The notes below the pieces were generated by a model that was not told the DNA's origin, made no database searches, and worked only from the letters and a program-made list of their open reading frames with translations. The position numbers and the translations under genes are program-made. DNA of 64,000 bases from a virus. Its lineage: Duplodnaviria > Caudoviricetes. The stretch covers positions 1,423-65,422 of IMG/VR virus record IMGVR_UViG_3300046514_000337. The stretch is one strand, 5' to 3'. This document shows, one piece after another, positions 54,107 to 64,000 of the stretch (positions are counted from its first letter, which is position 1; the number at the start of each line of letters is the position of its first letter).

Positions 54107-56526
54107 TATGGCCCTCCCCCCGGTTGAGGTCGCGTTGCCAGTCCAGCCGCAGCAACAGCGTGGTCGTCCGCGTGCGCAACCATCTCGTGCTGTAGCCTCA
54201 ATCTCTCCGTCTGCTCGCGCGTCATATCGATCTCGGTCTTCGCCGCACGATCCGCCGCACGGTCCTGGCTCTCGACCATCGCCTCGTGCGCCCGCAACTG
54301 CTGATCGGCCCCAACCGCCGACCCTTCCGCCGCCGTCTTCTGCGTCTGCGCCCCCAGCAGCGGCACCTTCGCATCGGCCTCCTTCGCCCGCGCCTGCGCC
54401 GTCGCAATCGACGCCTGCGCCTGCATCATCTTCGCCTGCGTCGCCTGCGGATCCGGTGGCTTCGCGCCGGCCCCACCAGCCGCCGCTGCCTGCTGCGCCT
54501 GGAACGCCTCGAACTCCTCCTGCGTGTTCAGAAGCGAGTCCGTGCTCGTGACACCCATGCCGCGCAGAACCCACTCCGCCGTAGGCACCACCTTGAACAC
54601 CCCCGGCGGTGTCTGCAGCGCCATCTGGAACACCGCCATCCGCTGCATCACCCGATGCAACATCGACGGCGTATTCGGATCAGCCGCCGGCACCAGATCG
54701 TAATCGTCCAGCGCCGCCAGCAGCGTAGCCTCATCCCACTGACGCGCCGGCTTCTTATTGTGACGCCAAAACGCCTCCGGGTCCTCACGCAACCGCTCGG
54801 CAATCAGCCCAAACTCCTCCGCCTGCGCCGCATGCAGCCGCTTAAACACCGCACCCGTCAGCTTCGTCGCCTCGATGATGTTCGCCATCACCGTCCCGAC
54901 CGGAGCGTTCTGCACACCCTCGCCCGTCGGTACATTCGGCCGCGACCCCACCCGAGCCGCCGCCTGCGCCACATTGTCCAGCAGCGACAACCCCGCAGGC
55001 TGCGGCCCCTTGTACGGCAGCGGCGAGATCATGTTCCCGATGGGCTGCCCACCAGTCTGAATCGGAACACCGGCCCCAGGCGCAACCCGGAAGATGTTCG
55101 TCAGTTGCTTCCCCAGCACATCCACATACAAAAAGCCCGGGAAGTTGGAAAACATCATCGAATCGAGCATCAGCCGCCATCCGGCCGTCAGTGCCATCGT
55201 CGTATTGCCGAGGATGTGCATCAGCCCGATGCCGTAAAAACTAAGGACCGGCGCAAACGAATACTTCACAAACGTCCGCCGAGCCGCAAAGTCCTTGTCG
55301 CCAGGCATCCAGTCGCGCCGAATCTCGAACACCTGTCGACTGTCCCGGTCCATCGATACCTTGTACGGGCGCGGCACCCGGATTTCGCCGTCGTCCGTAA
55401 ACCCGCCACCGTTCCCCGGCGCCCCATCATCCAACCCACGGATATTCAGTTTCGTATAGCACTCCCAGACCGTGTGCGGCTTGTCTTCAGGACGCTGCGC
55501 GCTGCGATCATACCCCTGCGCCTCAGCCACAGCCTCCTGCACAGGATTCTGCACATACAGGGGCTGGCTAATCCGCCCCTCCGCGTATACCCCCGCTTCC
55601 ATCAGCTTCAGGATATCGTCCTTCAGCTTCTCCATTTCGTGCGTTACTCGCGGCGCATTCGCCGTGTCAGTCACACCAGCATCGACAATCAGATCCTTGG
55701 AACTGATGCTCTCGCTCACCGGACGACGCCGCAGTGGGCAGTTGAACACCTTCTTAAACGCACATCCCAGCAACCCAACCACGAACGCCATCTGGTCAGT
55801 ATCTGGGTAATACTCCGTCGCCGTATTCGTCAGAAAGTGGTTCAGGTCCTTCTCGAGATCCGCCGCCAGCTCATCGCCCATATCCAGGGCTGGGCCGCCG
55901 TTGTGCCCCATCCCGGCTTCGTTCGCCGCCATAACAGCCTGAACCGCCGTATCCACGTTCTCCGGCGCGATCACACCAGCCGTCGCCATCGCCTGCACAG
56001 CGAACCGAACAACCTCCTCCGGCACCCCACTCGGAGCCGTGGCGTCGTTCCGCACCTTTACCGGACCATCCGCCGGCAGCATCTCACCCCTGAAATCCGA
56101 CTGAAACCCAAGACACGCCTCGAGCAGCAGCGGATGCCGAACCGTGCTCATCCCCTCCAGAGGCGCACCACTCCCACCCGCATCGCTCCGCGGCGGCTCC
56201 AACCGCAGCCCAAGCATCCGAATGGCCTCGGCCGTCATCTCCATCACCCCGCGCCGGCTGGCGATGTCCGCCGTCACCCCGCGCCAGACCTCATCCCCGA
56301 TCCGCGCCACCTCGTTCTGGTCCAGCACGTCCACCAGGTTCGCGAAGTGCTTCCCGTTCCCCGCACGCTTCGCCGGTCGCCACTCTTCCTCGGGCAGTTC
56401 GTCGATCGAGTTGTCGTCGTTGAGGATCAGCAGGCCGCCGGTATCGGGGTTGACCGTCCCCTCGCGCCCGTCCGGGGCGGTACCGTACTCGGTGTCCTCA
56501 CGGGGGCGGAGGTTTACGACGACCAT
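54106..56526 (-). CDS. portal protein (P22-like podoviral)
   Basis: HFANL, STVRHPLL.EA...FQ, G.AFKKV, FYGIGL.HILG, APVGT; Q/A-rich C-terminal barrel. Confidence 0.9.
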   Translation of the reverse strand: MVVVNLRPREDTEYGTAPDGREGTVNPDTGGLLILNDDNSIDELPEEEWRPAKRAGNGKHFANLVDVLDQNEVARIGDEVWRGVTADIASRRGVMEMTAEAIRMLGLRLEPPRSDAGGSGAPLEGMSTVRHPLLLEACLGFQSDFRGEMLPADGPVKVRNDATAPSGVPEEVVRFAVQAMATAGVIAPENVDTAVQAVMAANEAGMGHNGGPALDMGDELAADLEKDLNHFLTNTATEYYPDTDQMAFVVGLLGCAFKKVFNCPLRRRPVSESISSKDLIVDAGVTDTANAPRVTHEMEKLKDDILKLMEAGVYAEGRISQPLYVQNPVQEAVAEAQGYDRSAQRPEDKPHTVWECYTKLNIRGLDDGAPGNGGGFTDDGEIRVPRPYKVSMDRDSRQVFEIRRDWMPGDKDFAARRTFVKYSFAPVLSFYGIGLMHILGNTTMALTAGWRLMLDSMMFSNFPGFLYVDVLGKQLTNIFRVAPGAGVPIQTGGQPIGNMISPLPYKGPQPAGLSLLDNVAQAAARVGSRPNVPTGEGVQNAPVGTVMANIIEATKLTGAVFKRLHAAQAEEFGLIAERLREDPEAFWRHNKKPARQWDEATLLAALDDYDLVPAADPNTPSMLHRVMQRMAVFQMALQTPPGVFKVVPTAEWVLRGMGVTSTDSLLNTQEEFEAFQAQQAAAAGGAGAKPPDPQATQAKMMQAQASIATAQARAKEADAKVPLLGAQTQKTAAEGSAVGADQQLRAHEAMVESQDRAADRAAKTEIDMTREQTERLRLQHEMVAHADDHAVAAAGLATRPQPGGGP

Positions 56527-58102
56527 CAGGCCGCCACCTCATACATCGTGTCCGTTACCGTCACCAGATGCCCAACGGCGGGTTTCCACTTAACAAAACC
56601 GCAGTCCAAAGCGTGGCGGAAGCCAGCCTCAGTCGCAACGAGTTCTATGCGGCCATCCGCAGCGTCGCGCGCCTCACACAACCCGGCGTCAATCAACTCC
56701 ATAACAGACGATAAACTACCCGCGTCAACCTTCCACCGGCCTAGCACCACGGCCTCCTGCAGTATCGCCACATGGTGACGACGAAGGGGTTCGACGCCGA
56801 TCATAAACCCGCCAGTTACCACACCACAGCCGAGATGTCACCCAATCCGTTCAGACGCTCACCACGCCTCACGCTCCAGTAGATCCTCGTGCCACCAGTT
56901 CTCCAACCATGGGTCCAAAATAAAACCGGCAGCCGCCACTTCTTCCGCCGTCACCCAGCCGTCAAGGATCGCCTCCCGGAAAATAACCGGGCGGTTCAGA
57001 AGATAAGCACGCAGAAACTTCCGACGGACAGATCGCTCAGCGTCAGTCGCATCGGGGGGAAGGCACAGTTGAATACCCACCGACCGCGCCAATTCTGCGG
57101 CCAGATGCGATTCTTGCCAGACGCCCATCACTCAATCTCCAACTCCGCCGCGTGCAGCCGCCCCAGCCGCCGCCCCACCCCCGCCACATTCGGCGACGGA
57201 AGCCACTCGTCCGTCCGCAGCGGGCCAGCACGAACCATGTCCCCCGTGATCCGCCCGTAGATCCCACGCCCCGCCTCGATCATCGCATCCTGCTGCGCCA
57301 TCCGCCCCTCAGCCGCCCACTTCTGTCGCACGTAGGCCGCCTCCGTCTCCCGCGCTACCTCCGCCATCCGCTCACGCCACGCCGCCAAATCCTCCCGATA
57401 CTGGCGAGCAAACATACGGGCGCGAGCGGGGTTCATGCCAAAGCAGGCTTCAGAGCATCAATCGCCGCCCGCGCGGCCGCGTCCTCCACGCCCGCCTCCC
57501 AACGCGTGTAGATCAACCCATACTTCCCGCAATTGCCGCACCCATTCACGCAGGCAATGCTCGTCCCCTCGTGAACCTCACTCTCCCACCCGCATTGGCG
57601 ACACGAGAAAACAGTGCGGTTTTCGCGCCCAGTGCGCATCACCCCAACCCCTCCATCAACTTCCCAACACACTCAGGCACCGGATACACATCCCCCAAGT
57701 CAAACAACTCCGCCACCAGCCGATCCCGCTCCGCCAAATCCACACCTCCCACCATCTCGCCCCTCCTCACACGCCGCACCAACTCATACGACCAGCCCCC
57801 AGCAACGGGCAGCGCACGTACATGATCCACAATCCACAACTCCCCACCAATCTTCGTCACATACCGATGCCGCCGAAATACCAACTCCCCACCCGCCGGA
57901 GGCAACCACGCCAAGGGTAGAGCGTGCTTCACGCTTCATCCCATGGCAACTCGCCCATCGGGATAGGATCAATCTCGCAATCCCCATACGTTACCCGAGG
58001 CCGACAGCGACCACTCCACTCGCTCTCGCCAACCAGACGAGCCGGCTCACTCACCCGCGTTACATCCTCCCACACTCGTTCACCCGGGGTCATGCCGCCT
58101 AG
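56526..58102 (-). CDS. cluster of small hypothetical ORFs between TerL and portal (56526-56822, 56859-57131, 57128-57436, 57433-57672, 57639-57932)
   Basis: Mostly coupled; 57433-57672 has two CxxC pairs. Confidence 0.55.
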
Positions 58103-59742
58103 GTCCTGTATAGGGGTTGAAGCCGCCCAGCCCGATCATCTGCCATCGCCCCCAACCGATCCGCCTCCACAGCCTCAACCTCCCGCATCAGCATCCCGTT
58201 GTCCCGCATCCATCGAAGCGCGCTCGTTACAGCATCGCACCTATCATCATGCCGCCCACGCGGAAACAAACTAATCTCACGGATCGTATCCTCACACCAC
58301 TCAGGCCACGCCAGTTCGTCCGTCCCCGCACGCAACACCCGAGGCGCATACACCATCCCATCCTCAAACAACGGCACAACACTCATCACCCGCGACACCT
58401 TATCGTACCCTCGCCGCCCCGCCACACTCCCACGCGGATCAGTCATCGTTATCGAATACGGCTTGCCTTGAAACACCCGACCCAGTTCCTGCACCACACT
58501 ATATCCCGTCGCCTTGTTCTCAACCAGCAACGTATTCACCTTATACCGCCGAGCCGTCTCATCTATCCGCTGAACCGCATCATTCAACGCCATCCGATCA
58601 GCCCAACACCGAATCAACATCACCTTCGGCATTCCATGACGCTGCTCGGTGAACGTCCCCAAAACCGCCATCGCCGTCGGATCGTTCACCGTGCGCTCAG
58701 TGAACGCCCCGTCAACCCACGCCACCACAAAATCAAACCGGGGAAATTTCGGCGCGCTCACATCAACAGGGTCCCACGGCTGCCACCAGTCATCCCGAAT
58801 GATCGCCCCACCACGCGGCACCGGCAACTGCTGAAACTGAGACGCTACCGCATATTGCCCCATCGCACGCTTGTCGCGCTCGACAACCCACGCCGGGAAA
58901 CGCTCAGGGAAACACAACTCCCCTCGCACCTCCCACCATTGCCGGTCGTTCCGACCAGGCTCCAAGTCCTCAACCGTCCGCGGCTCTCTCCAACCTATCG
59001 ACGTCTCGCACCGCCGCTCGTCCAACTCCATCGGGATCATCAGGTGCGTGTAGTCCCCACCATCACTCAACAGCGTCCCCGTCGCATCATCCTCATGCGT
59101 CCGCTGCTCAATCGCCACAATCGCACTCGCCTGCGGATCGTTCATACGTGTCGGCAGCGTCTCCCGAATGTACCGCTGCGCCACCCCGCGAACCACAGGA
59201 CTGTCCGCCTGCTTCACCGAAATCAAGTCATCCAACAGCACCCGATCGCCGCGCTCCCCCGTCCCCACCCCATCCACCGACGTCGCCAGCTTCCACCCCG
59301 TCTTGTCATTCGCCAGCTTGCCTACCCCCGTCTGCGTCACCTCAAACCGATCGCCCCAATACTTCGTAAACATCGGCGACCGTAGCAACTGAAGCGCCCT
59401 CCCATTGTCGCGCTCTGTCAGCGATGACGTATACGACACACACACATACCGCATCGACGGATGCCGCACCCACTCCCAGCACGGCCAGAATACCTGCGTC
59501 GTCAAACTCTTCGACATCCCAGGAGGGCAGTTGATAATCAGCCGCGCTATCTCCCCTGTCGTCACCGCCTCAAGATGTTCGCAAATCGCCCCGATCGCCC
59601 AACCGTTTACGAACGGACGCGATGGCTCTACCGCACTCCAGCAAAAACGTATGAAATCAATCAGCCGCTCCTCAGCCTGCGCCGCACGCAGAAACTCAAT
59701 GTCCGCAGCCGTCAGCCCGCCTAGGTCAAGCGGGGCCGCCAC
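58099..59742 (-). CDS. terL: terminase large subunit
   Basis: INCPPGMSKS (Walker A), GERGDRVLLDD (Walker B), QRTHEDD, FPRGRHDDRCDA nuclease motif; GTG start with SD. Confidence 0.95.
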   Translation of the reverse strand: MAAPLDLGGLTAADIEFLRAAQAEERLIDFIRFCWSAVEPSRPFVNGWAIGAICEHLEAVTTGEIARLIINCPPGMSKSLTTQVFWPCWEWVRHPSMRYVCVSYTSSLTERDNGRALQLLRSPMFTKYWGDRFEVTQTGVGKLANDKTGWKLATSVDGVGTGERGDRVLLDDLISVKQADSPVVRGVAQRYIRETLPTRMNDPQASAIVAIEQRTHEDDATGTLLSDGGDYTHLMIPMELDERRCETSIGWREPRTVEDLEPGRNDRQWWEVRGELCFPERFPAWVVERDKRAMGQYAVASQFQQLPVPRGGAIIRDDWWQPWDPVDVSAPKFPRFDFVVAWVDGAFTERTVNDPTAMAVLGTFTEQRHGMPKVMLIRCWADRMALNDAVQRIDETARRYKVNTLLVENKATGYSVVQELGRVFQGKPYSITMTDPRGSVAGRRGYDKVSRVMSVVPLFEDGMVYAPRVLRAGTDELAWPEWCEDTIREISLFPRGRHDDRCDAVTSALRWMRDNGMLMREVEAVEADRLGAMADDRAGRLQPLYRT

Positions 59743-60911
59743 GCCGCCGATCCTCCGCCGCCTGCAACTCACGCAGGAACGCAACCTCCGCAACCGTCAA
59801 ACCACCGCGCCACTTGCGCCGCCCCGGAGGCACCAGCCGCCCCCGCTCCATCCGCCCCGCCTGCCGCAGCATCGACGACGCCATCCGCAAGTTCCCCGCC
59901 ACATCACCCACGCCGCCGAGCCGCGCCACGCGATGCGCCAGCGTCTCCGCCTCCATCGCCAGACGCTCGATCTCTGCCTGGCGGAGGGGGTCAAGTAACA
60001 TCGCCCAGCTCCGTCAGCCCGTCGAGCGTCTCCCGGTGCCGCCGCTCCCGCACCTCCGCCTCCGCCCACGTCTCACGCAGTCGCCGCACACACACGTCGT
60101 GCATCGCCACCGCATCCCGGTTCGCATTCGCAAACCGCGGACCGCTCACCGATGTCAGCGCCGCCAGCGCCTTGAAGTGCGCCATCGCCGCGCGCAACTG
60201 CTCCTCCGAGATCGGCGCGTGCGTCACCAGCGCGTTTGCAGTCTGGATCGTCATTCGCACTTCGTCAGTCATTCCACATCCTCCGCCGCATCCTCCCGCG
60301 CTAACCTCTCCGCCTCCGCAAATGCCCCACGAACAGGCCAACGAGCCAGCATCCGCACCATAGGATTCGCATGGTCAAGCAGCGGGTGGCCATACGGCGG
60401 CGGCGCAACCCACCCCAGCCGCACCCAATCAGCCAGCACCGTTTCAGGATCGTCGGGTTGCCAGGGTACGTATGGCGCGTATGGCGCATCAGTCATCCCA
60501 CATCCTCCGCCGCTGCCCCAAGCCAGAACGCATACCGCGCCACCGCCGCCGCGCGCGCCGCATCCATCGCATCGGTGTCACAAAGAGGAACATCGTACAG
60601 AGAACGTGACTCACAAAAGGTCATCGGCCGTGCGCGCCCCTTCAAGTAGACGAACTCTCCGGTTCGTATATCAACGCCAGCGGTAACGAATGGGTACTCT
60701 ACCATGCCATATCCCGGTGCCGATTAATCTCCGCATTCAGCCGGGCGTACAGAACGCGGTTGGTTTGCACGAGTTCGCAATGTGGCGGATTGCAGTCCAG
60801 CGTGATGCGAACATACTCGCGCCAACGCTCGAGCGCCGACAGCACGAGGTCATCTTCATGGGGTTCGGGCAGCCCTACCACGTCTGACACATCCACTGTC
60901 CCGCCATCCAA
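59726..60911 (-). CDS. small coupled hypothetical ORFs (59726-60001, 59991-60272, 60269-60496, 60493-60705, 60699-~60890)
   Basis: ATGA overlaps. Confidence 0.55.
60265..60513. repeat. 25-bp direct repeat TCAGTCATYCCACATCCTCCGCCGC (60265-60289, 60489-60513)
   Basis: Read directly, one mismatch; encodes the AAEDV(E/G)-stop / MTD junction. Confidence 0.9.
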
Positions 60912-61087
60912 TGGCAGTTGGTGCTCACCGGACGCGCCGGCGTGTAACTGCCATATGCTCCCATCATCCCGAGCCCGGTTTGAATCAACAGCTGGTTCGT
61001 CGCCGGGGTGCCGTAGCTATAGCCGCCCTGCGCGCCGGGCCCACACGCCGCTACCGCCAGCGTCGCCGCAAGGACCATCCACCGCAT
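60875..61087 (-). CDS. small lipoprotein
   Basis: MRWMVLAATLAVAA-C lipobox; C-terminal Cys pair. Confidence 0.65.
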   Translation of the reverse strand: MRWMVLAATLAVAACGPGAQGGYSYGTPATNQLLIQTGLGMMGAYGSYTPARPVSTNCHWMAGQWMCQTW

Positions 61088-61613
61088 CTCTCTACCCTCC
61101 GCCATCACGGGGCGCAATTATGCGCGTCGGCGGCCGCAGGATCAAGCGCAATCGACATACCGCCATGGGAGCCAGCATGCGAAAGGCATCACCATCATGG
61201 TGATACCTTCACGCATGACCCGTCTCACTGTCGCCTGGCGGTTCGTTCATCTTGTTACCCCCACATCCAGCGGAGCCCTGCCGTACACAATCACAAGACA
61301 CCGGCAATCGGTCGTTTGTAAACGATGTCGGCATTCTGTACGCCAACTAACATCGATCACGTCACGCATGCCCTGGCTCATGATCGGTAACGCGGACGAC
61401 GCGCCAAATCTGAGCGCCGTCAGGAGCCCGGCCAGCGCGCACCAGCATCGTGCCCACGCTGCTCACCAGACCCTCGATCGATTCAAGCGCGCGCTCAATC
61501 TCGGCCGCAGTGAGTCGGCAACAGCGCGAGGCTAGTTCGGCAGCGGTGTTCCTGTCGGTCGCCATCGCTAGTTCGTTCCTCTCTTGTTCTAGGAGAACGT
61601 TTGATCAGGGACC

Positions 61614-62018
61614 TTAAGAGCGTTCGTCCGGCTCCTTAAGGCCACCATCAGGCTCCGCTTCCTCCGCAACCGCCTCGAGCTGCTGAACCTGCGCCGTGGC
61701 CATAATGTCGAGAATCTGTTGGCGCTGCTGATACGAGAGACCGCGCAGCATGTCACGGCGGCGTTCCATGTTCGGATCCGGCGTTTCCTGTATCGCAACA
61801 GCGGCAAGGCGCGGATGAACGTAGGGTGCTGCAGCAACAGCCATCGCAACTTGATCGGCGGTCAGCTCCATCGCCCAACGTACACCGTTCATGCGCGCGA
61901 GCATGACCTCAATCGGCGTGCGTTGAAAGCGCGCGAGCCACGGGATTGCAGCTGAAGCAATGCGTTTCAGCTCACCGGTTTTGACGTTTTGGATACCTTT
62001 ACGGCTCACAGATTCCAC
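61614..62018 (-). CDS. terminase small subunit (putative)
   Basis: RKG..N.KT...TPIEVML..M...A.AAAPYVHPRL; first gene of the late region. Confidence 0.65.
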   Translation of the reverse strand: MESVSRKGIQNVKTGELKRIASAAIPWLARFQRTPIEVMLARMNGVRWAMELTADQVAMAVAAAPYVHPRLAAVAIQETPDPNMERRRDMLRGLSYQQRQQILDIMATAQVQQLEAVAEEAEPDGGLKEPDERS

Positions 62019-62160
62019 TCATAGCACGAAGCTCGACGCAAGCGGCTGAATACTCGTGCATCACCATGAAAGCAAGGACTTGCAAATTGCGGTAACTAGA
62101 TCGTAACAGCGAATACCCAAATCACATACCTCGCGGCACGAGCCATGCACATTATCCCTA

Positions 62161-62325
62161 TTGCGGAACGGGGACAATTGGCGCATAAATGCATGTGTCG
62201 AGGCAATCAGGCCCGGCGAGGAGAACCACCACAGTCCTTAGCACCGCAGCCCTGAGTGCAACTGGGGCGGTTTGAGCCGCCCCTCACCTGCCGGGCGCGT
62301 CCCGGCGAACTGAGGAGAAACCACA
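62161..62325 (+). promoter_or_regulatory. promoter and structured leader of the small rightward operon
   Basis: TTGCGG-N17-CATAAA; hairpin GGGGCGG-N6-CCGCCCC; duplicated SD block. Confidence 0.5.
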
Positions 62326-63051
62326 ATGTCACGCTTTCATGACTTCACCAGCTACAGCAACTACGGCAACAGCGCATCGCGCGCTGAAACACTGCGGATA
62401 GCGTCAACGATCGACCTAGATGCGATCGACGTGGACGTGTTCTTCGGGCCGATCGGCAGTTGCGGGTTCAGGAGTGGCACTTGGACCGCCCGGTATGACG
62501 GCGAGACCTGGCGGTTCTTTTCCAGCGTTCCGCACAGCAGCGACCTGGATACGCAACGCGCGAGGCTCCAGCACGACGCGGCCTTGAGCATTGCCGGCAT
62601 TTGGGCAAACCGCACGCGGGCGGCTGGGGAGGGCTGAGCGATGACCGACATAGCAGCTCGCAACCGTGCGATCAAGGCGACGCTGGAGGCGGTGTTTGGG
62701 CGGGGGAAGGTGACGGTGCGTGGGAGCCGTGGCACGGCCTACGGGTGGGTGCGGGTGGCGATCGACTGGACGCCGCTTGACACGGACCAGGCTCGCGAGA
62801 TGCGGGAGCATGTGTGGGCGCTGCTGGTGGCGGCCGGACCGGGCAAGGAGATCGGGACGTACGGGTACGACGATCCTGGTTCCGACTATGGGTATGGGCG
62901 GAAGATCAACATCGACTTCCACCGCTGCCGGTACTTCCGGACGGCGCGACACGGGGACGGCACGCTGTTGGTGCTGTTGGACGGGTATGGTGCGGATTGG
63001 ATGCCGCAGGCGGAAGCGGACGCGCTGCGGGCTGGGGCGGAACCGACATGA
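62326..63051 (+). CDS. two hypothetical ORFs (62326-62637, 62641-63051)
   Basis: Strong SD before 62326; tight spacing. Confidence 0.65.
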
Positions 63052-63389
63052 CCGCCGCGCGCGGCCCTTCTGGGGGCGCTGGGGAGCCTGTGGGCATGGG
63101 GGTGGGGGAAACTTCCCCCCCGCTTCCCGAGGGGCCTGGGCAGGCTCCTGGCGGCCCGCTGACGTGCGGGGATCGCGAGGCGGCGTTGTGGGCCCTGGGG
63201 TGGTCGCCTGGGCAGTTGGCTCGGCTGCTGGGGTATTCGACGGGGACTGTGAAGCGTTGGCTGGCGGAGCCTGCGGCGCTGGTGCCGCCCGAGGTTGACG
63301 CGTGGCTGGGGCGGATGGCGGCGGTGCTGGACGCGGATCCGCCGCCTGTGCGGATGCGTCGGCGCCTCATGCGGAGCCGTTTGGATTAG
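63048..63389 (+). CDS. small HTH regulator
   Basis: ALGWSPGQLARLLGYSTGTVKRW...VPPEVDAWL. Confidence 0.7.
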   Translation: MTAARGPSGGAGEPVGMGVGETSPPLPEGPGQAPGGPLTCGDREAALWALGWSPGQLARLLGYSTGTVKRWLAEPAALVPPEVDAWLGRMAAVLDADPPPVRMRRRLMRSRLD

Positions 63390-63714
63390 CGAGCGCGAGG
63401 AGGATTTCGCGCTTGGCGTAGTCGCGGAGTTCGCGGTTGTTCGCCATCAGCCTGACGACCTTCTGGGAGCGCAGGGCGGTGAGGATATCGGCGCGCATGC
63501 GTTCGGAGAAGTCTTCGGGGAAGAAGCCCAGGACAGCGACGAAAACGTCTGGGGGGACATCACGGGCGGCCTCGGGGGGGATGTGCAGCGGGACCCCGAG
63601 GACCGTGTGGTATGGGCAGACCTGGTAGACCTGGCGGAGGGTTGCCGGCTTTCCGCGCCTGATTTGGCTGATGAGGCGGCGGACTTTGCGGTCGTGGGCC
63701 TGTGCGTTCGACAT
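63367..63714 (-). CDS. hypothetical protein
   Basis: SD GGAG before MSNAQ. Confidence 0.55.
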   Translation of the reverse strand: MSNAQAHDRKVRRLISQIRRGKPATLRQVYQVCPYHTVLGVPLHIPPEAARDVPPDVFVAVLGFFPEDFSERMRADILTALRSQKVVRLMANNRELRDYAKREILLALANPNGSA

Positions 63715-63754
63715 TGGGGTGGTCTCCGGGGCTGGTCCAGTCGTCCAATTTTTA

Positions 63755-63985
63755 AGACGGCGTAATTTGGCTGATGAGGAGGGGGTAAGGCGCCTTACGG
63801 GGTGAAATGGCGGATTTCCGCGCCATTACACTACTTACGGGACTTTCAGCGGGTTCTATTAAAGCGCTGTACAACGTCGGAGTGAGTGTCGTTTTTATAT
63901 GCGCGTTCCCCTATTACGTGTAATATGTGTAAGTGTGTAAGGAACATAGGGGTTATAGGCGTTTGCTGTGTCTTACGGAGATTCT
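63755..63985. repeat. AT-richer region with clustered TTAC/GTAA repeats and palindromes (candidate replication origin)
   Basis: GTAAGGCGCCTTAC at 63785-63798; TATTAC-GT-GTAATA at ~63912; several CTTACGG/GTAAG copies. Confidence 0.55.
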
Positions 63986-64000
63986 GGTTTAAGATCGTCG

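Noticed and set aside
54286-56778. 830-aa plus-strand ORF (also 58117-59385, 24284-25498 and similar)
   Set aside because: Arg/His/Pro-rich shadow frames antisense to the portal, TerL and polyvalent genes; expected from GC3 bias and not coupled to neighbours
1-64000. tRNA, rRNA, integrase, transposase or att sites
   Set aside because: None recognised by eye; tRNAscan-SE and HMM searches would be needed to exclude them formally

Overview
The whole window reads as one GC-rich tailed-phage genome segment, most likely a podovirus-like phage of an alphaproteobacterium (inferred from two GcrA-like genes, a DUF3309-like gene and alpha-type promoters). I recognise no host housekeeping genes, integrase, CI repressor, tRNA, rRNA or CRISPR array. 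Layout: (i) a leftward block at 1-5153 (Cro-like HTH, N4/N6 DNA methyltransferase, VRR-NUC, two GcrA-like regulators, a CoiA-like nuclease cut by the window edge); (ii) a rightward early operon at 5261-10869 (small ORFs, HNH, RecT); (iii) a ~51 kb leftward late region at 62018-10929 (TerS, TerL, portal, GroES-like, scaffold, major capsid, adaptors, tailspike, tail tubular protein, GNATs, ejection proteins including a 2274-aa polyvalent protein, secreted proteins, membrane/lysis-like genes, a glycoside hydrolase); (iv) a small rightward operon and an origin-like repeat region at the right end. The most unusual signals are: two perfect chromosomal parS palindromes with no parAB; about eight fibre/lectin/glycanase-like late proteins carrying Sec or Tat signal peptides and Cys pairs; an AxGG peptide motif repeated about 20 times across five late proteins; antisense-inserted genes whose opposite strand is an open frame coupled to both neighbours; gene cassettes flanked by duplicated gene junctions; and an apparent ATC start codon. 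All family calls come from motif recognition by eye, not from database searches.
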